Positions 13,190 to 27,831 of a DNA stretch of 64,000 bases are shown piece by piece. Within the stretch, counting starts at the first letter, position 1, and the number at the start of each line of letters is the position of its first letter. Source of the DNA: Octopus sinensis. Lineage: Eukaryota. The stretch covers positions 51,162,464-51,226,463 of the forward strand of contig NC_043011.1 in NCBI RefSeq assembly GCF_006345805.1. Reading direction: 5' to 3'. The notes beneath the pieces are model-generated. The model searched no databases and was not told the DNA's origin. It was given only the letters and a program-made list of their open reading frames with translations. The position numbers and the translations under genes are program-made.

Positions 13190-14145
13190 CACATACTAAA
13201 CCACAGAAGAAATGTCGCTCACATACTAAATAGAAACTGGTTTATTAACAGACTGCCATAGCATTGATTGAAGAATGCTATTTAAGGAACCGTTCTTTCC
13301 TAATGATAAAACGTCATTTCCTGGTCCAAGTTTCTGCTTGAGTGCAGTCCCGCCCCATATCATGATGCTCTGTCCTCCCCATGAGCCTCTCTCCACTACA
13401 AATCTATTGGCATGATGTTCACCCTCTTCTTCTCCAAACCCTAGCTCTGTCATATGCCACAGAAATGCAATATCTGAGAAGACAGCAGTCCTCCACTGCT
13501 GATATTGCCAGTTCTGACGTTTTTGAGCCCAATACAGATGTGCCCGTCAATGACACTCTGTGAGGATGGAGCTTCTAGTAGGATGTTGACAAGACAGATT
13601 GGAAGATCTTAGCTGGTGGCAAACTGTCTCCACACAAATGGGTCTATGGTTAGTCCCTGTGGTCTGCCTACGTTTGTTGCTTTCCAAAATTGGTCCTGCA
13701 AGTGCTGTCAGTGCAGGTGGTAATCTTGATTGATATGCTGTTATAACCCTCAGTCAACCACTGCATGGATAATCATCCATGCTGTCTGTGGCATTGTATT
13801 GTTCCCTCAGCTGCTCAATTGTCTGAATGCTGAAGTTCCAGTCATTAGCAATGACCCATGGATGTTGACCAGCATGGAGACATCCGATTCCTTGCCCTCT
13901 CTGATTTCATGTCAATCTTGGCAGGCTTGCTGCGTTCGGGAAACAAATGACAGGCTGGCAAATTTGGGTGCCTTTCATATCCCAGAGAGTTAACATTTTG
14001 CATGTGCATCATGCTTTTCACAAAGATGTGTTTGTGAGCATTATTATGCACATGAAAAGTGAGCAAGTTCAAACACTACATGCAAACCTTGTGTTTTCAA
14101 AAGAGAGTGGTGTCATGGGTCAGTGACATCTTCCTGATGTCAAAT
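13190..14145 (-). mobile_element. Decayed Tc1-like transposon
   Basis: Minus-strand remnants WRTAVFSD (~13480) and ERGSWGGQSIMIWGG (ORF 13226..13453) resemble a Tc1 transposase; boundaries approximate. Confidence 0.6.
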
Positions 14146-14408
14146 TATATACATATATATATATATAGTCAACAGATGAGATCCAGAGATTCTCAGTATA
14201 AAAGACACTTAGTAATGCTCAAATGATTCGAACTTAGACTCCAATGTTTTACGAGAGACCAATTCTGTGGAGTAAAGAGTGGCTCTAATAGGACTAAAGG
14301 TGAGCAGATATGGAGGCAATTATGCAGATAAACAAATTAAATATATTTTGTATATCAAACACAAGCTGTTATATTTAACTTGTTTATCTGCACAATTGCC
14401 TCTCTCTG

Positions 14409-14487
<79 letters not shown>

Positions 14488-14499
14488 TCTTTCTCTTTC

Positions 14500-14699
14500 T
14501 CTTTTACTTGTTTCAGTCATTTGACTGCGGCCATGCTGGAGCACCGCCTTTAGTCGATCAAATCGACCCCGGAACTTATTCTTTGTAAGCCCAGTACTTA
14601 TTCTATCGGTCTCTTTTGCCGAACCGCTAAGTGGCAGGGACGCAGACACACCAGCATCGGTTGTCAAGCAATGCTAGGGGGACAAACACAGACACACAA

Positions 14700-14744
<45 letters not shown>

Positions 14745-14910
14745 TACGACAGGCTTCTTTCAGTTTCCGTCTACCAAATCCACTCACAAGGCATTGGTCG
14801 GCCCGGGGCTATAGCAGAAGACACTTGCCCAAGATGCCACGCAGTGGGACTGAACCTGCAACCATGTGGTTGGTTAGCAAGCTACTTACCACACAGCCAC
14901 TCCTGCGCCT
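14500..14910 (-). mobile_element. tRNA-derived SINE
   Basis: Near-identical to 6945-7334; flanked by (TC)n/(TA)n. Confidence 0.8.
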
Positions 14911-14927
14911 ATATATATATATGTGTG

Positions 14928-15000
<73 letters not shown>

Positions 15001-15009
15001 ATATATATA

Positions 15010-15062
<53 letters not shown>

Positions 15063-15161
15063 ATATATATGTAGGTCCCGGGTTGATTCGGGGTTAACCA
15101 CAGTAAATAAGATTTCTCTTGAATGAAACAGTTCTAGTCCTGTAGAAGCTCCTTCTATATA

Positions 15162-15223
<62 letters not shown>

Positions 15224-15388
15224 TATATTTTATATATTTATATTGGGAAATTCGATTTAATACTAAATTGAATTTTTCCCAGTAAGTTTGGAGTTATACT
15301 CCCAAATATTATATATATATATGTATATATATATAAGTGCTTTTGTGTTTTTATTTAATCTTTATAATGTTTTTTTTTTTCTTCTCAG

Positions 15389-15626
15389 GTACCAACAAGT
15401 GATTAATTTCAAGAAAACTAACCCTGGTTTAAAGGTTATTCTAACTGTAGGTGGATATAATGTGGGTACTTCGCCTTTTTCTGCCATAGCTTCTGCACCA
15501 GGAAACAGAAAGGCTTTTATTTCACAGGCGATCACTTATCTCAGAAAACATAAATTCGATGGATTGGATATTGACTGGGAATATCCACAGTCAAATGACA
15601 AAGCTAATTTTGCTGAGTGGGTAAAG
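15389..15626 (+). CDS. GH18 chitinase exon carrying the catalytic motif
   Basis: T-rich tract plus cag acceptor; AT+G restores Met. Encodes LKVILTVGGYN...RKHKFDGLDIDWEYP (DxxDxDxE). Donor AAG|GTAAGT; phase 2 to 0. Confidence 0.97.
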
Positions 15627-15764
15627 GTAAGTATAATATTTTAACTTTAGGATTGGATACTAAAAATATGACAATAATGACCATGAAGATTTTTATAATG
15701 AAATTGACTTACCCGCTTCTCGAAATTCCTGGGCAGATGCCAAAATTTGAAATCCTTATTACTG

Positions 15765-17030
15765 AGCAAGAGAGCAGTGCATACCATCAAAGTCATGGTG
15801 GGGTAAAATATATGAAGCTCATCATGACTACCTGTCTGATAAGGGTACACCAGGTGCATGCATCGCAATCATATGTGCGTGACATGGTGATCTCTTATCA
15901 AGATTAACAGTACATGACCTATCAGGTGGGCCCCAGTTAGAATTTTCTTCAGGTTGAGTAGCCCATTCTACTCAAAAGGTCCCTGAATTAAGGTTGTTTA
16001 AGGATGATGAACAAAGCACCCATGTTACTAAAGGTGAGTTATCCAAACTCCAATTTCGTTTTACATCTCAGAACGCTTCGTCTTGTTTGTTCTGCTAGTT
16101 TCTGTGAGAGCGGACAGCAACCCACTGTCAGAAGTCTCACAGGGTCTCGTTTTGCACTTTAGAAGCTTTGATACTTGGTTAATTATTGTTGGAGGCATTC
16201 AACATCCAAGTACCAATCTCAAAATCCTAGCTTTTCCCCAGCAGAGCATGTTTTTGGGCTTGCTCTGCTCTCATGTCAATTCTGATTTCTTTGACATATT
16301 TCTCGAACTTGGTTGTTAGTGCTCTGACAACAACAACAACATCATCATCATCATTGAGTGAGAGAGCAATGCATGCCATAAAAGTGAGGTACAAACATAC
16401 AAAGCCCAAAGTACCCATCATGACTACCCATCTGATGAGGGTACACCAGGCACATGCATTACAACCACATGTGATAACATGATGATCTTATGTCAAGATA
16501 AACAGTGCATGACCTTGCAAGTGGAGTCCAGTTAGAATTTTCTTCAGGTTGAGTAGCCCATCATGCTCAGGAGGTCCCTGAATAAGGTTTAAGGATGATG
16601 AATGAAACTTTCATGTTTCCAGCGGTGAATTATTCAAACCCCAACCAAAATTCCTCTCAACACATGGCTATGATGCTTCCCCACTATTCTTGATCATGAT
16701 TAGAGATGTACATATCATCAGCCACTAAGGGACATGTTCAGCTGGTGAAGGTCAAGCAACTGACTGACAAGCAAATCTGTGGTATTGAGCAGAATATTTG
16801 CTGTAGCCCATCTTTTATACCAAGACAAAGCAATGTACATGATAACACTTCCAATCAGTTAAGATGAGAAGCCATGAAAGCCATTGCCTGGTACTGCATC
16901 AGGGCATTTATTATTATTATTATTATTGAGTGAGAGAGCAGTGCCAGCCATCAAAGTGACTCTGGGGCAAAATATACGAATCCCAGTATACCCATCAGTA
17001 TTTCCATTATACCCACCAGTATACCTGTTA
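15765..17030. repeat. Three partial tandem copies of an unclassified interspersed repeat separated by (TTA/TCA)n
   Basis: GAGAGCAGTGCAT..CCATCAAAGT..CTGATAAGGGTACAC motif at ~15770, ~16345 and ~16930; same family at 36020-36530. Confidence 0.7.
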
Positions 17031-17087
<57 letters not shown>

Positions 17088-17093
17088 TATTAC

Positions 17094-17154
<61 letters not shown>

Positions 17155-17156
17155 GA

Positions 17157-17845
17157 TTGCAATCCTGGATTAGGTGTAGACTGAGGAGGGGTGATTGGCA
17201 CCTGAAGTGCCATCAAGCACTGACATCTCTCCACCAGGTGAGCAATGCGGTCGGTGGTAGTTCCACTCTAGCGTTCTATAGAGGGCTAGTGGAGGGAAAG
17301 TGCAATGATGTTTTTGGAGAAACTCTGGGGGTTGACAAGGATCAATTAACTAGTCTGTTTTGGAGAACTTTCAGGCCTGGACCTTTGGATAACTTCCAGA
17401 AATCCCTTGCCTAGCAGCGCTACCGAAAGGTGCTACCTGTTTTGGGATAAACTCTACAGGCACAGAAGTGCTATCAGACAGGCCTGCCTGAAGTCTGTGC
17501 AGAGTGATGAAACTATTCTGCATGCCCTCATCCAGTGCCCAAGTATTGCTGACCTGTGGGGTTTATGTCAAATGCCTGCTGTTGTGTGTAGGATGGATCC
17601 AGCTATCAGCTGAATCCATAGCAAAGATTGCCCCACTGCTCTCCTTTGACTGGGAGGGGCAGGCAGTTTTTATTTGTCCGGTGGATGTAGCAAAAGAGGT
17701 AGTATGGTGGACTTGTCTGAAAGGGCTAAAGTCAGACACTTTCCTCTTTTGCCAATCCCTCATCAATTTTTTCAAGTTTCACTTAAAAAGGAAGTTGAGG
17801 CTGGAGAGAGACGTGTTGTTTTCTGCTCTCGTCTTCCAGTTTAAC
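17157..17845 (+). mobile_element. Tx1-like LINE 3' fragment (CCHC region)
   Basis: ETLGVDKDQL..DNFQKSLA and ACLKSVQSDETILHALIQCP; homologous to 34842-35630. Confidence 0.65.
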
Positions 17846-17846
17846 T

Positions 17847-17936
<90 letters not shown>

Positions 17937-19023
17937 TTGTACATAATCAGCAAGAGGTTCTTTCTGCTGCTTCACCCATCCTGCACACAGCCTCTCTTTG
18001 CGCTTTTACCTCTCGATCTAATAGCTCTTTAGACAAAGAGTTTACCCTTATGCAGACAATGGGAGTGATTCAGACAAACTATTGAAAGTGATGAAGAAAG
18101 TAGCAATTCTGGTGAACAAATTTGGTAGTTGAGATATAGGACTATTATTGTTATTCTCCTGAATTCTTTTGTGATTCTGTCCATTAGTTTGCCTGCAATT
18201 ATTACTCTGGAACTGTGTATGCAACTATTTTTTTGCTCAGAAACCTAGATGGAGGATAAAGTTAGACACAGGGGCCCAGTTCTAAGAGGGTTAAATATAT
18301 GAAAGATTCTAGGCATTAAAAGCTGTAAAGCAGTATGGCATTATGAATCATCTTTAGAATCTTTGATTTCTTTTTCTTCTTTTACTATTCTAAATATATC
18401 ATTATATGCAGTATCAGCGGGCCAGTGGATTGGCAGAATCATTAGGGGTGTTGGACACTGTATTTTTTTGGTTCTTTATGTTCTGGGTTCAAATTCCACT
18501 TATGTCAATTTTACCTTTCATATTTCTTGGGCTGATAAAACAATGTACCACTCAGTATTGTGATCAATTTAATTGACTGTCAATTTGTGCCAACAAGCAA
18601 TATACTAATATGGAGTAGTAGAGTCCAAATTCCTGCATGTCCATGGAACTCTGATGTCAGGTGAAGCAATGTTCTGATTGGAGTACATATCAATATTAGT
18701 TATCTAAAGCATCCCATATTTTTTATTCATACAACATACACACTTACATACAGACATCCTAGCATTTACCAATACTTGTATATGCATTCTCTGTTTCTTT
18801 AAAAGCCAACTATTAAACACCATTATCCTTTAACATCTGTTAGACAATACTGGCATCAGTTGGGCGATGCAAAAAGAAAATTTGAAGAATGCATGAAAAA
18901 TCAGTGGTGCTTATACAGAACATAACCTATGATCTTGCAGGGAAATAAAAATATCATTTGACTGAAAGCTATTTGCAATTTATGTCTAATAATTTGTCTT
19001 CCAATATTTTCTTTAATAAACAG

Positions 19024-19148
19024 GAATTACGAGCAGCATTTGACAAAGAAGCAACAGAAACAGGGCAGACACCACTCATTCTGACATGTGCAGTAGCTGC
19101 TGGAAAATCAAAAATTGATGCTGGATATGATGTCCCAACTCTTGCTAA
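19024..19148 (+). CDS. GH18 chitinase exon (ELRAAFDKEA...GYDVPTLAK)
   Basis: aacag acceptor; typical GH18 ELRxAF..LILTCAVAAG..IDAGYDV; donor AA|GTAAGC; phase 0 to 2. Confidence 0.95.
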
Positions 19149-20803
19149 GTAAGCTTACTTATCTATCTGTCTGTCTGTCTGCCTGTCTAATGGCTTGTCT
19201 ATTTATTTGTCTATCTCCTGTACACACACACACAAACACACACACACACACACACACCACACACACACACACACACACAACACACACACACACATGTATG
19301 TACACATGCATGCTGTTTGTTCTTGGATAAGGTTCAGCTAGTGAAAGCACTCAATTTATAAGAGTTATAAGTATTATTTTTATATATAGCAACTTAATTG
19401 GTATTAGTAGCAACTCAGCTTTATGTTTGGGGGAAACATCATAATTTGTTTGAGGTAAATGAAACTAAATCACCTTATTCATTAATCAAGCTGCATACTG
19501 CAAAACATGACTCCTGGTAATATACAAATCACTAGAAAATATGACTGACAAACCCAACTAAGTCAGAGAGAGACCTTAGAAGCAAAAAATTACAAAAGCA
19601 TATAAAAAAGTTTAGAAAGATAAGTGATGAGTTCCAACAATGGCCTGGTATTAAAACAATTATTAACTTGTTCAAAGACACTAGGGATAAATCTAGAGCT
19701 AAATTCGTACAGTTCAATATTGTGAACTCCTACCCCTCAAAGTTGGGATCCTTACTTGACAAGGCCCGAGAATTTGTAAATAATATAAATAAAATAATAA
19801 AATAATAATAAAAAAGATAAATGTATTGAATTGTTCTAAAGAGGCAACGAGGGAACCATCACTCTGAAAACAGCATCAAAGTCTTCCTCATATGGTCTCT
19901 ACAGACCAGAGGTTGAACACCAACAATCAGTTCAACCTCTGGAGAACCAGTTAAGGATCAGAAATTAATATCAAGCACATTCAACCTTAGAAAATCTGCC
20001 TCAACAAATTCTGTTTGACCCATGCATGCATAGTGGACATTAAAATAACAATGACGATGATAACAATGACAATGGCACTATATGATATCCAGAGCTCAAA
20101 TTCTTAAATCACAACAACCAAGTAAGTGTCACAAAGTTAGAATTAGAAACACTGCAAAACTGATGACTGATTCAATAGTTTAGTGAAAGTTATTAATGAT
20201 AGACCAGCTCTGTATTCAGAAGCTTGATCTGGTAGAATGTTGAGATTATTCACAAAAGGGAACTGATTGTTGGTGTTCAATCTCTGGTCTGTAGGGACCA
20301 TATGAGAAAGACTTTGATGCTATTTTCAAAGTGGTGGTTCCCTCATTGCCTCTTTGGAACGATTCAATAAATTTAACTTTTTTATTAAGGATACACTCGA
20401 CAACAGCAGATTCTTATGAGTTCACAGTATGAGATATATTCAAAATGCCTCAGTCGGCCTAACTGCCAAGAGTTGATATCAGATTATATAAGAATATTTA
20501 CTGAAATAATCTGGCAACAAAACTAGATGATATTAAATATTCATCCACTTTAAACCAAACATAAACACACACACATGCACACACAAAATGGTAAGCATCA
20601 GTCCATATAATTTCCTGAGATCTCTGGCATATTCATACTTACAGTTAAACACTTTGTTTTCTTTCCTTTGTGAATATGAAATCTTGAGACTACAGGAAAC
20701 AAAATATGTTCTATTTTTGTTGTATGGCTACAAAAATGTGTCTGTTATGATGGCTGTTGTCAACATTATGGTTTCTTGTTTCTTTTCCTCTTTTAAAATC
20801 TAG

Positions 20804-20927
20804 AAACATGGATTATATAACAATCATGTCGTATGATTTACATGGTTATTGGGACCACAAAGCTGGACAGAATGCACCACTGTATGCAGCTTCATATGCA
20901 ACAGGAAATGGCCGTCAACTAAATGTG
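20804..20927 (+). CDS. GH18 chitinase exon (NMDYITIMSYDLHGYWD...QLNV)
   Basis: tctag acceptor; MSYDLHG motif; donor GTG|GTATGT; phase 2 to 0. Confidence 0.95.
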
Positions 20928-21477
20928 GTATGTAGAACAGTATAGTCTGGAAGTGGTCTTCAGTAATAAAAATTATATTCTAAAGTTTTCCATTCTGAAG
21001 AAGTTTGTATTCTCTGAAGAAAAAGGTGATACTGATATTTTGGGATTCTTTGTCTAAGAGAGAAACTATATTTTTTTTTCCCTCTCAGACAAAGGATCAA
21101 TCTCAAAATGTCAGTATCTTCTTCTCTACATTGCTGACTAACTTATTCAAAATCACAAATATGTATATGGTAAGGGTTTGTCATTGACAGTTTCTTACAT
21201 ACTACCATGTTTTTAGCTTCATTTGTAGAGCTTTTTCGTGAATTGGGGCTGAACAATAATTAATAGGAACCAATGGCTTTCATTGTTAATGAAAGAAACG
21301 ACTTTCCTGTCTCTAGGACAACATAACATGACCCCCATACACACAGGTCCATCTGTACTGGGTAAATCAATGTACTGGGACCTATAATATGTATTTATTT
21401 ATAGCAAGCCACAGCATACATAGATTAGAATTGGGCTCCTAGATGTCTGAGGTCCCTGGGCAATATGGTTGAGGATA

Positions 21478-21700
21478 AGGTGGTGAGCTGCTAGAATCCT
21501 TAGCACACTGGGCAAAATGCTTAGCAGTATTTCGCCTGTCTTTAAATTCTGAGTTTAAATTCTGCTGAGGTCGACTTTGCCTTTCATCCTTTCAGGGTCG
21601 ATAAAATAAGTACCAGTTGTTCACTGGGGTTGATGTAATCAACTTACTCTGCCTCCCATCCCCATTCCAATAACTGGTCTTCTGCCAAAATTTGAAACCA
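21478..21700 (+). mobile_element. tRNA-derived SINE (second family)
   Basis: GGTGAGCTG..GAATC.TTAGCA...GAG(T)TCAAATTC...GGGTCGATAAAATAAGTACCAG; same family at 33938-34150 (+) and 47576-47792, ~50930-51140, 63091-63304 (-). Confidence 0.75.
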
Positions 21701-22352
21701 ATATAATTGTTGAGGATGTTTAATGTCTGTGGTTGAAATATTATGAGTTCTGAGTTCAAAACTAGTCAAGAGAAATTTTTATAGACTGGTTGGAATTGTG
21801 CACCTGAAAACAATTGATAGGTGTACTGAGTAAAATGTAATGTAAAGCTAAAAATATATAAAATTTTTAAGCTAATCATCCAGACGTTTTTAAAGTTAAA
21901 ATATATTTATTGATTCCTTTTGAATGGGTACCTTTACCAATATTTTTTGGAAATATTAAAATGGAGTGTTGTAAATTTCCTGTTTTTTAAAGTATTAAAT
22001 GTAAGAATTTGGATTCAAACCAGCTTTGAACCAGATAGCAGAACTAATCTACCAGTAACTTGTCTCGTAATATTAGGATCTCACCAATAAAATGTGATAC
22101 TACTGTTGTGAATATGACTTCAACGAGATTGTGTGATGTTCATGCCCTGTTAGTAACATAATTAATTGTAAAATAGTTATAATCAAGAACTGAAAATTTT
22201 TTTGCAGACTTGAAAACTCTTTTCTGCTCTGGAAAATCATATTTATTACAATAATCTCACTTACCTTCTTAGTTCAGTATATATAAGTATATATATTTTA
22301 TACTTTTTTTTTTACCTATGTTTTTTTATTCATTTTTGTACCTCTTGCATAG

Positions 22353-22538
22353 GAATGGGTCATGGACTACTATGTTTCAGAAGGAGCACCAAAGGAAAAA
22401 TTAAATGTGGGTTTGGCCACATATGGAAGAGGTTTCACTTTATCCGATGCTACAAATTCTAAACCTGGAGCTCCATCAAGTGGACCATCACCTCCTGGCA
22501 AATATACTGGAGAGGATGGATTTTTGGCTTATTATGAA
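22353..22538 (+). CDS. GH18 chitinase exon (EWVMDYYVSEGAPKEKLNVGLATYGRGF...FLAYYE)
   Basis: gcatag acceptor; GAPKEKL..G..TYGR and GxYTGEDGFLAYYE motifs; donor GAA|GTAAGA; phase 0/0. Confidence 0.96.
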
Positions 22539-22748
22539 GTAAGAAATGTTCTCTTATCTATCTTTGATCTCATTAGTATCAACATAATTCTACGCCCTAT
22601 ATGATTCTCTCTTTCTTCTGATGAAGAACTAAACGTTGAGACACTTTCTTTTTTCCTTAAATACCTTATTAGTCAAACTTTGTTTTTTTTTGGTTGTTCT
22701 TTTTAATGTTTATTGTATTTAAACTATACATACATAAATGCATATGTA

Positions 22749-24018
22749 CGAGTGGCGTTCAATAAGTAATGCTCCTGACCCACTTCCCATAGCAGTAGAG
22801 CAACGACACTTGGCACAGTTATTAGTCTTTTCCTACATAGGAACTACCCAGAGTTATGCATTTCTCCCATCGTTTGATACAGCTCTGGAGACCGTTTTTG
22901 TAGAAGACCCCAGCTTGGTCCTCCAACCACGATGTGACTTCAGGAATCAAGGCTGCATCATCTGGGAAACGCTTTCCTTTCAAAATCAACTTCATGGCTG
23001 GGAAGAGGTGAAAATCAGAGGGTGCAAGGGGAGGAGTTCATAGCTGCACGCCTGTGCTTCTGATCTGGTGACACGCGAGTTGTGGACCGGAGCGTTGTCC
23101 TGCAGGAGGAGGATGCCTTTGCTGATCTTGCCCCGCCTCTTGATTTTGATAGCTTCTCTTAATTTCCTCAAAAGTGAAGCATAATAGGCTCCTGTAATTG
23201 TGGTGCCTTTTGCCAGGAAATCTGTCATCACTACTCCGTCCTGGTCCCAGAAGACTGTGAGCATAACCTTGTCAGCGGAGGGCTGCACCCTTGCCTTCTT
23301 TGGAGGAGGTGAGTCACGGTGCTTTCACTGCATTGACTGGGCTTTGGTCTATGGATCATAGTGATGGACCCAGGTTTTATCCTGTGTGATCAGTCTTTTG
23401 AAAAATTTTGACTCATCTTCTTGGCACATCTCCAAATTCATCCTCGAGCACTCAACGCGTTCTTGCTTCTGGAAAGGTGTGAGCAACCTGGAAATCCATC
23501 TGGCAGACACCTTTTGCATATGCAAATGGTCATGAATGATAGTTTCCACAGACCCGGTACTAATATTGACCTTATGGGCTATTTGGCGAATAGTTATGCG
23601 TTGACCTTCCAAAATGGCAGCCTCAACTTGACGGACAGACGTCTCATCAATGGCAGAAGGGGGCAACCAGATCTGGGAGCTGTTTCCACAGAGTTCCGAC
23701 TATGTTTGAATTCACAATGCCAGCGTTTTACAAGGTCATATGATGGGGCATCATCACCATAAGTTACTTTCATTTCATCAAAAGTCTCCCGTGGTGTGCG
23801 TCCTTTCAAATACAAAAACCAGATCACTGCTCGACACTCAACAGGCTCCATTTCACACTTGACTCAGTTCAAACACCTGTAAATCAGAAACCACAATTAG
23901 TTCAGAGCTGTAATTCACCACTTAATCTATAGAGGTATAAATAAGTGCACATGCAAAATTTCAGCTAGATCAAACAACTGTAAGTGGGTCAGGGGCATTA
24001 CTTATTGAACGCCCCTCG
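22749..24018 (-). mobile_element. Full-length (1270 bp) defective mariner transposon
   Basis: TIRs CGAGTGGCGTTCAATAAGTAATGCTCCTGACCCACTT and its near-perfect inverse, TA on both sides. Transposase in three frames: MEPVECRAVI, QDKTWVHHYDP, LLQDNAPVH. Confidence 0.93.
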
Positions 24019-24370
24019 TACACACATATGTACATACATTCATACATACATACATGCATACATATACACGTACACACATTCATACATATATACACTCACA
24101 CACACACATATGTATGTATGTATATATACATACACACACACAAATATATATATACACACACACACACACAAATGCAAATCTGCATATGTATTTAAATCTG
24201 TCTGTCTGTCTGTGTACTTGTTTTTACATCTACCAATAAGAGAACAAGGGGCTAAACACAGAGGGGCCAAACAAGGACAGACATAGGTATTAAGTCGATT
24301 ACATCGACCCCAGCGCGAGCTACATATATGTTACATGTTATCATGTGGCATTTCATGGCTATATTTTCAG

Positions 24371-24487
24371 ATTTGTACAATGAAGACAGAAAGCGACTAT
24401 CACTGGATGGATCAAGCTAAAGTACCCTACATCGTCAAAGGCGGAACTTGGGTTGGTTATGACAATGTCGAGAGTTTGAAACTAAAG
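24371..24487 (+). CDS. GH18 chitinase exon (ICTMK...WVGYDNVESLKLK)
   Basis: ttttcag acceptor; completes YYE|IC; VPY...WVGYD motif; donor AAG|GTAAGA; phase 0/0. Confidence 0.96.
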
Positions 24488-25679
24488 GTAAGACAGGCAG
24501 CTATGCATTTTATATGTACATACATAAATATACTGGGAAAAGGCACTGCGAAGCATGACGTGTAACCAAAGATCTGGTTCAGTAGTGAGTTCCACACTCC
24601 AGTATTCAATGTAGTACAACACAGGGCATTGTAATAGGTTTGTGTATGGAGCAGGAGCCAATTAATAGAAATAATAAAAATATATAGAAAACAGGTGTGG
24701 TATTCTATGTTTAATAGAACATACAAATCATCTCAACAAAATGCTGTGATAATTACATAGCATGGCCTCCACAATGGACGAAGAGAGGAGTCATTGAAAA
24801 GGTTGCAAATAGCAACAAAAAAGCTTTGATGAATAATGCAAAAGCAAAACAAATGCCTGACTTTTTAAACCAACAAGTTAAACAAAGGATCGATTAGCTG
24901 TTTGGATAGATATTTAACCAACTGATTAATAATAAGGAAGTGGAATTGAACCAGTGCATGTGTTATTGATATTGGCATTATGACTCTCCCTAGACACAAC
25001 AAAATTTGTTTCGACACACAAATTCACTTCAAAGAGTCTTGCAAACCAAATACAAAGATGACATTGTAGAAACATGATGTAATTTAAACTTCTGTTGATT
25101 CATATACATTTGCCAATATTTTAAGTATATGAACACAGTACATATTATTGCTTCCACTGTACACCAAACACCAGAAACAGCTGTAAAGACTTACTCATAT
25201 TCTCCACTCTCTTATTTGTGAGGTTTGAGTAGCAATTCCTATGATTTTTACCTACTTGTCCAAAATCAAATCAAAATGAAGGACTACTTGAATTCTCCTC
25301 TATTTCATCAGTGATGTTATAGTATGAACTCTGGTGCTTTTCTATGAGGATTCACTATTAACATTTGCTCTCCTGATGATCAGGTTTTTCTGTTAAATTT
25401 ATATAGTTTTATATTCATCTCTGTATCTGTATAACTATGTTATAAATGATTTGATATCTTTGCAACTACCTGTTCAACTTTAATTTTATTATACTTTCAT
25501 TAACCCAACCAGTGTATTACCTTTAGGCAACCTTTGTTTGCTCTGGCTCTGTATCCCTTCATTCAACACTGAACTTTAGGCACTTGGTCCAGTCTGAACG
25601 AGCACTTATTGTCTTACATACCATTTTTGATGTCTTTCTACCTCATATATGTATATACATATACATACATACATACATA

Positions 25680-25732
<53 letters not shown>

Positions 25733-25758
25733 GTATATATATACATACATACATATAT

Positions 25759-25808
<50 letters not shown>

Positions 25809-25841
25809 TATCTATCTATCTATATATATATATATACATAC

Positions 25842-25987
<146 letters not shown>

Positions 25988-26099
25988 TCCTTGTTACTTG
26001 CGTGAATTTTGCTACCCTGGTTTATTGAATTTTCCATGTTAACGGTAAACAAAGGATAATTCATCCATTTGTACAAATCAAAATAGATGAACATCAATG

Positions 26100-26705
26100 G
26101 AATTTGTATCTTTGTGGTACCAGTGCCGGTGGCACGTGGCACATAAGAAAACCATCCGAACGTGGCCGTAGCCAGTACCGCATCGACTGGCCTCCGTGCT
26201 GTGGGCACGTAACAAGCACCATCCGATCGTGGCCGTTTGCCAGCCTCATCTGGCACCTGTGTCGGTGGCACATAAAAACACCATCCGAGCGTGGCCGTCT
26301 GCCAGCCTCGTCTGGCACCTGTGTCGGTGGCACATAAAAACACCATCCGAGCGTGGCCGTCTGCCAGCCTCGTCTGGCACCTGTGTCGGTGGCACATAAA
26401 AAACACCATCCGAGCGTGGCCGTCTGCCAGCCTCGTCTGGCACCTGTGTCGGTGGCACATAAAAAACACCATCTGAGCGTGGCCGTTTGCCAGCCTCGTC
26501 TGGCACCTGTGTCGGTGGCACATAAAATCACCCACTACACTCTCGGAGTGGTTGGCGTTAGGAAGGGCATCCAGCTGTAGAAACACTGCCAGATCTGACT
26601 GGACTGGTGCAGCTTTCGGGCTCCCCAGACCCCAGTTGAACCGTCCAACCCATGCTAGCATGGAAAGCGGACGTTAAATGATGATGATGATGATGATGAT
26701 GATAT
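26100..26705 (+). mobile_element. RTE-family 3' tail with a 62-63 bp tandem array and (GAT)n tail
   Basis: Unit GGTGGCACATAAAAACACCATCCGAGCGTGGCCGTCTGCCAGCCTCGTCTGGCACCTGTGTC starts at 26264, 26326, 26388 and 26451, with a partial copy at 26514. The conserved tail shared with 12760-12925 and 41510-41690 follows. Confidence 0.85.
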
Positions 26706-26952
26706 ATATATAAATGGATGAATGAATTATCCTTTGTTTACTGTCAACATGGAAAATTCAATAAACAGTTACCAGGTTAGCAAAATTCACGCAAGTAACT
26801 AGGATGTAGCGACCTATTAAATGGTAGAAACTCCGGGTTAATGTGCAGTAATTTGTGTAGTATAAGTGAATAAATGGAGCTGAACGCAGAATAGCATCTG
26901 CTTTCAACTCCATCTATTTATTTATATATATATATCAATAATTTAGGTTACA

Positions 26953-27340
26953 AGCAAACTGACCAAACCACAAGTTATCACTAAACATAAAGGTGAAATC
27001 AGGTAAATGAATAAAGACCCTAAGAACCCCATCCCAATAATGAGAAAAATCGAAAATTGAAAGTCAGACATACCCAAATCACCTTTGATTTTGAACTGTT
27101 AGTTCTAATCGATGACCATCAATGACCCATCACTGACACATGGTTATAGGATTTATTCGTTTCAACGAATGTGTACAATGACAGCTTTGAATGCAAATCT
27201 GATAAAAAGCGATCGAAGTGAAGAAAAATGATTTAAATATGTATGAAGATATATAAGATGGAGTTCTTAGGTTCTTTATCCATTTGCCTGATTTCACCTT
27301 TCTGTTTCGTGATAACTTGTAGTTTGGCCAGTTTAACTGC
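26953..27340. mobile_element. Putative MITE with ~80 bp imperfect TIRs
   Basis: 26953-27035 is approximately the reverse complement of 27257-27340. Confidence 0.55.
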
Positions 27341-27459
27341 TATGTCAGCATGCTGCTTGCTATTACCCTTAATAATTAATTGATATTTTATACCATTATA
27401 GTTTTTTTTTCATGCATGCTAAACCACTGATATTATTATAAATAATATCTTCATATATA

Positions 27460-27549
<90 letters not shown>

Positions 27550-27699
27550 GATACTATTTATATATATATATATTATATATATATATATTATATATATATA
27601 TATTTGTTTATGCATACATATATAAGCAAATGTACATATAATATTGTATTTTGTTAATAATGATATATATACTCCATTAACCAATATAAGAGTTAAACA

Positions 27700-27756
<57 letters not shown>

Positions 27757-27791
27757 GATGATTGATGATGATGATGATGATGATTGATCAT

Positions 27792-27831
<40 letters not shown>

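Noticed and set aside
26215-26525. 62-63 bp repeat array as a CRISPR
   Set aside because: The units are contiguous and near-identical with no unique spacers, lie in an RTE 3' tail, and have no cas genes nearby; the context is eukaryotic.
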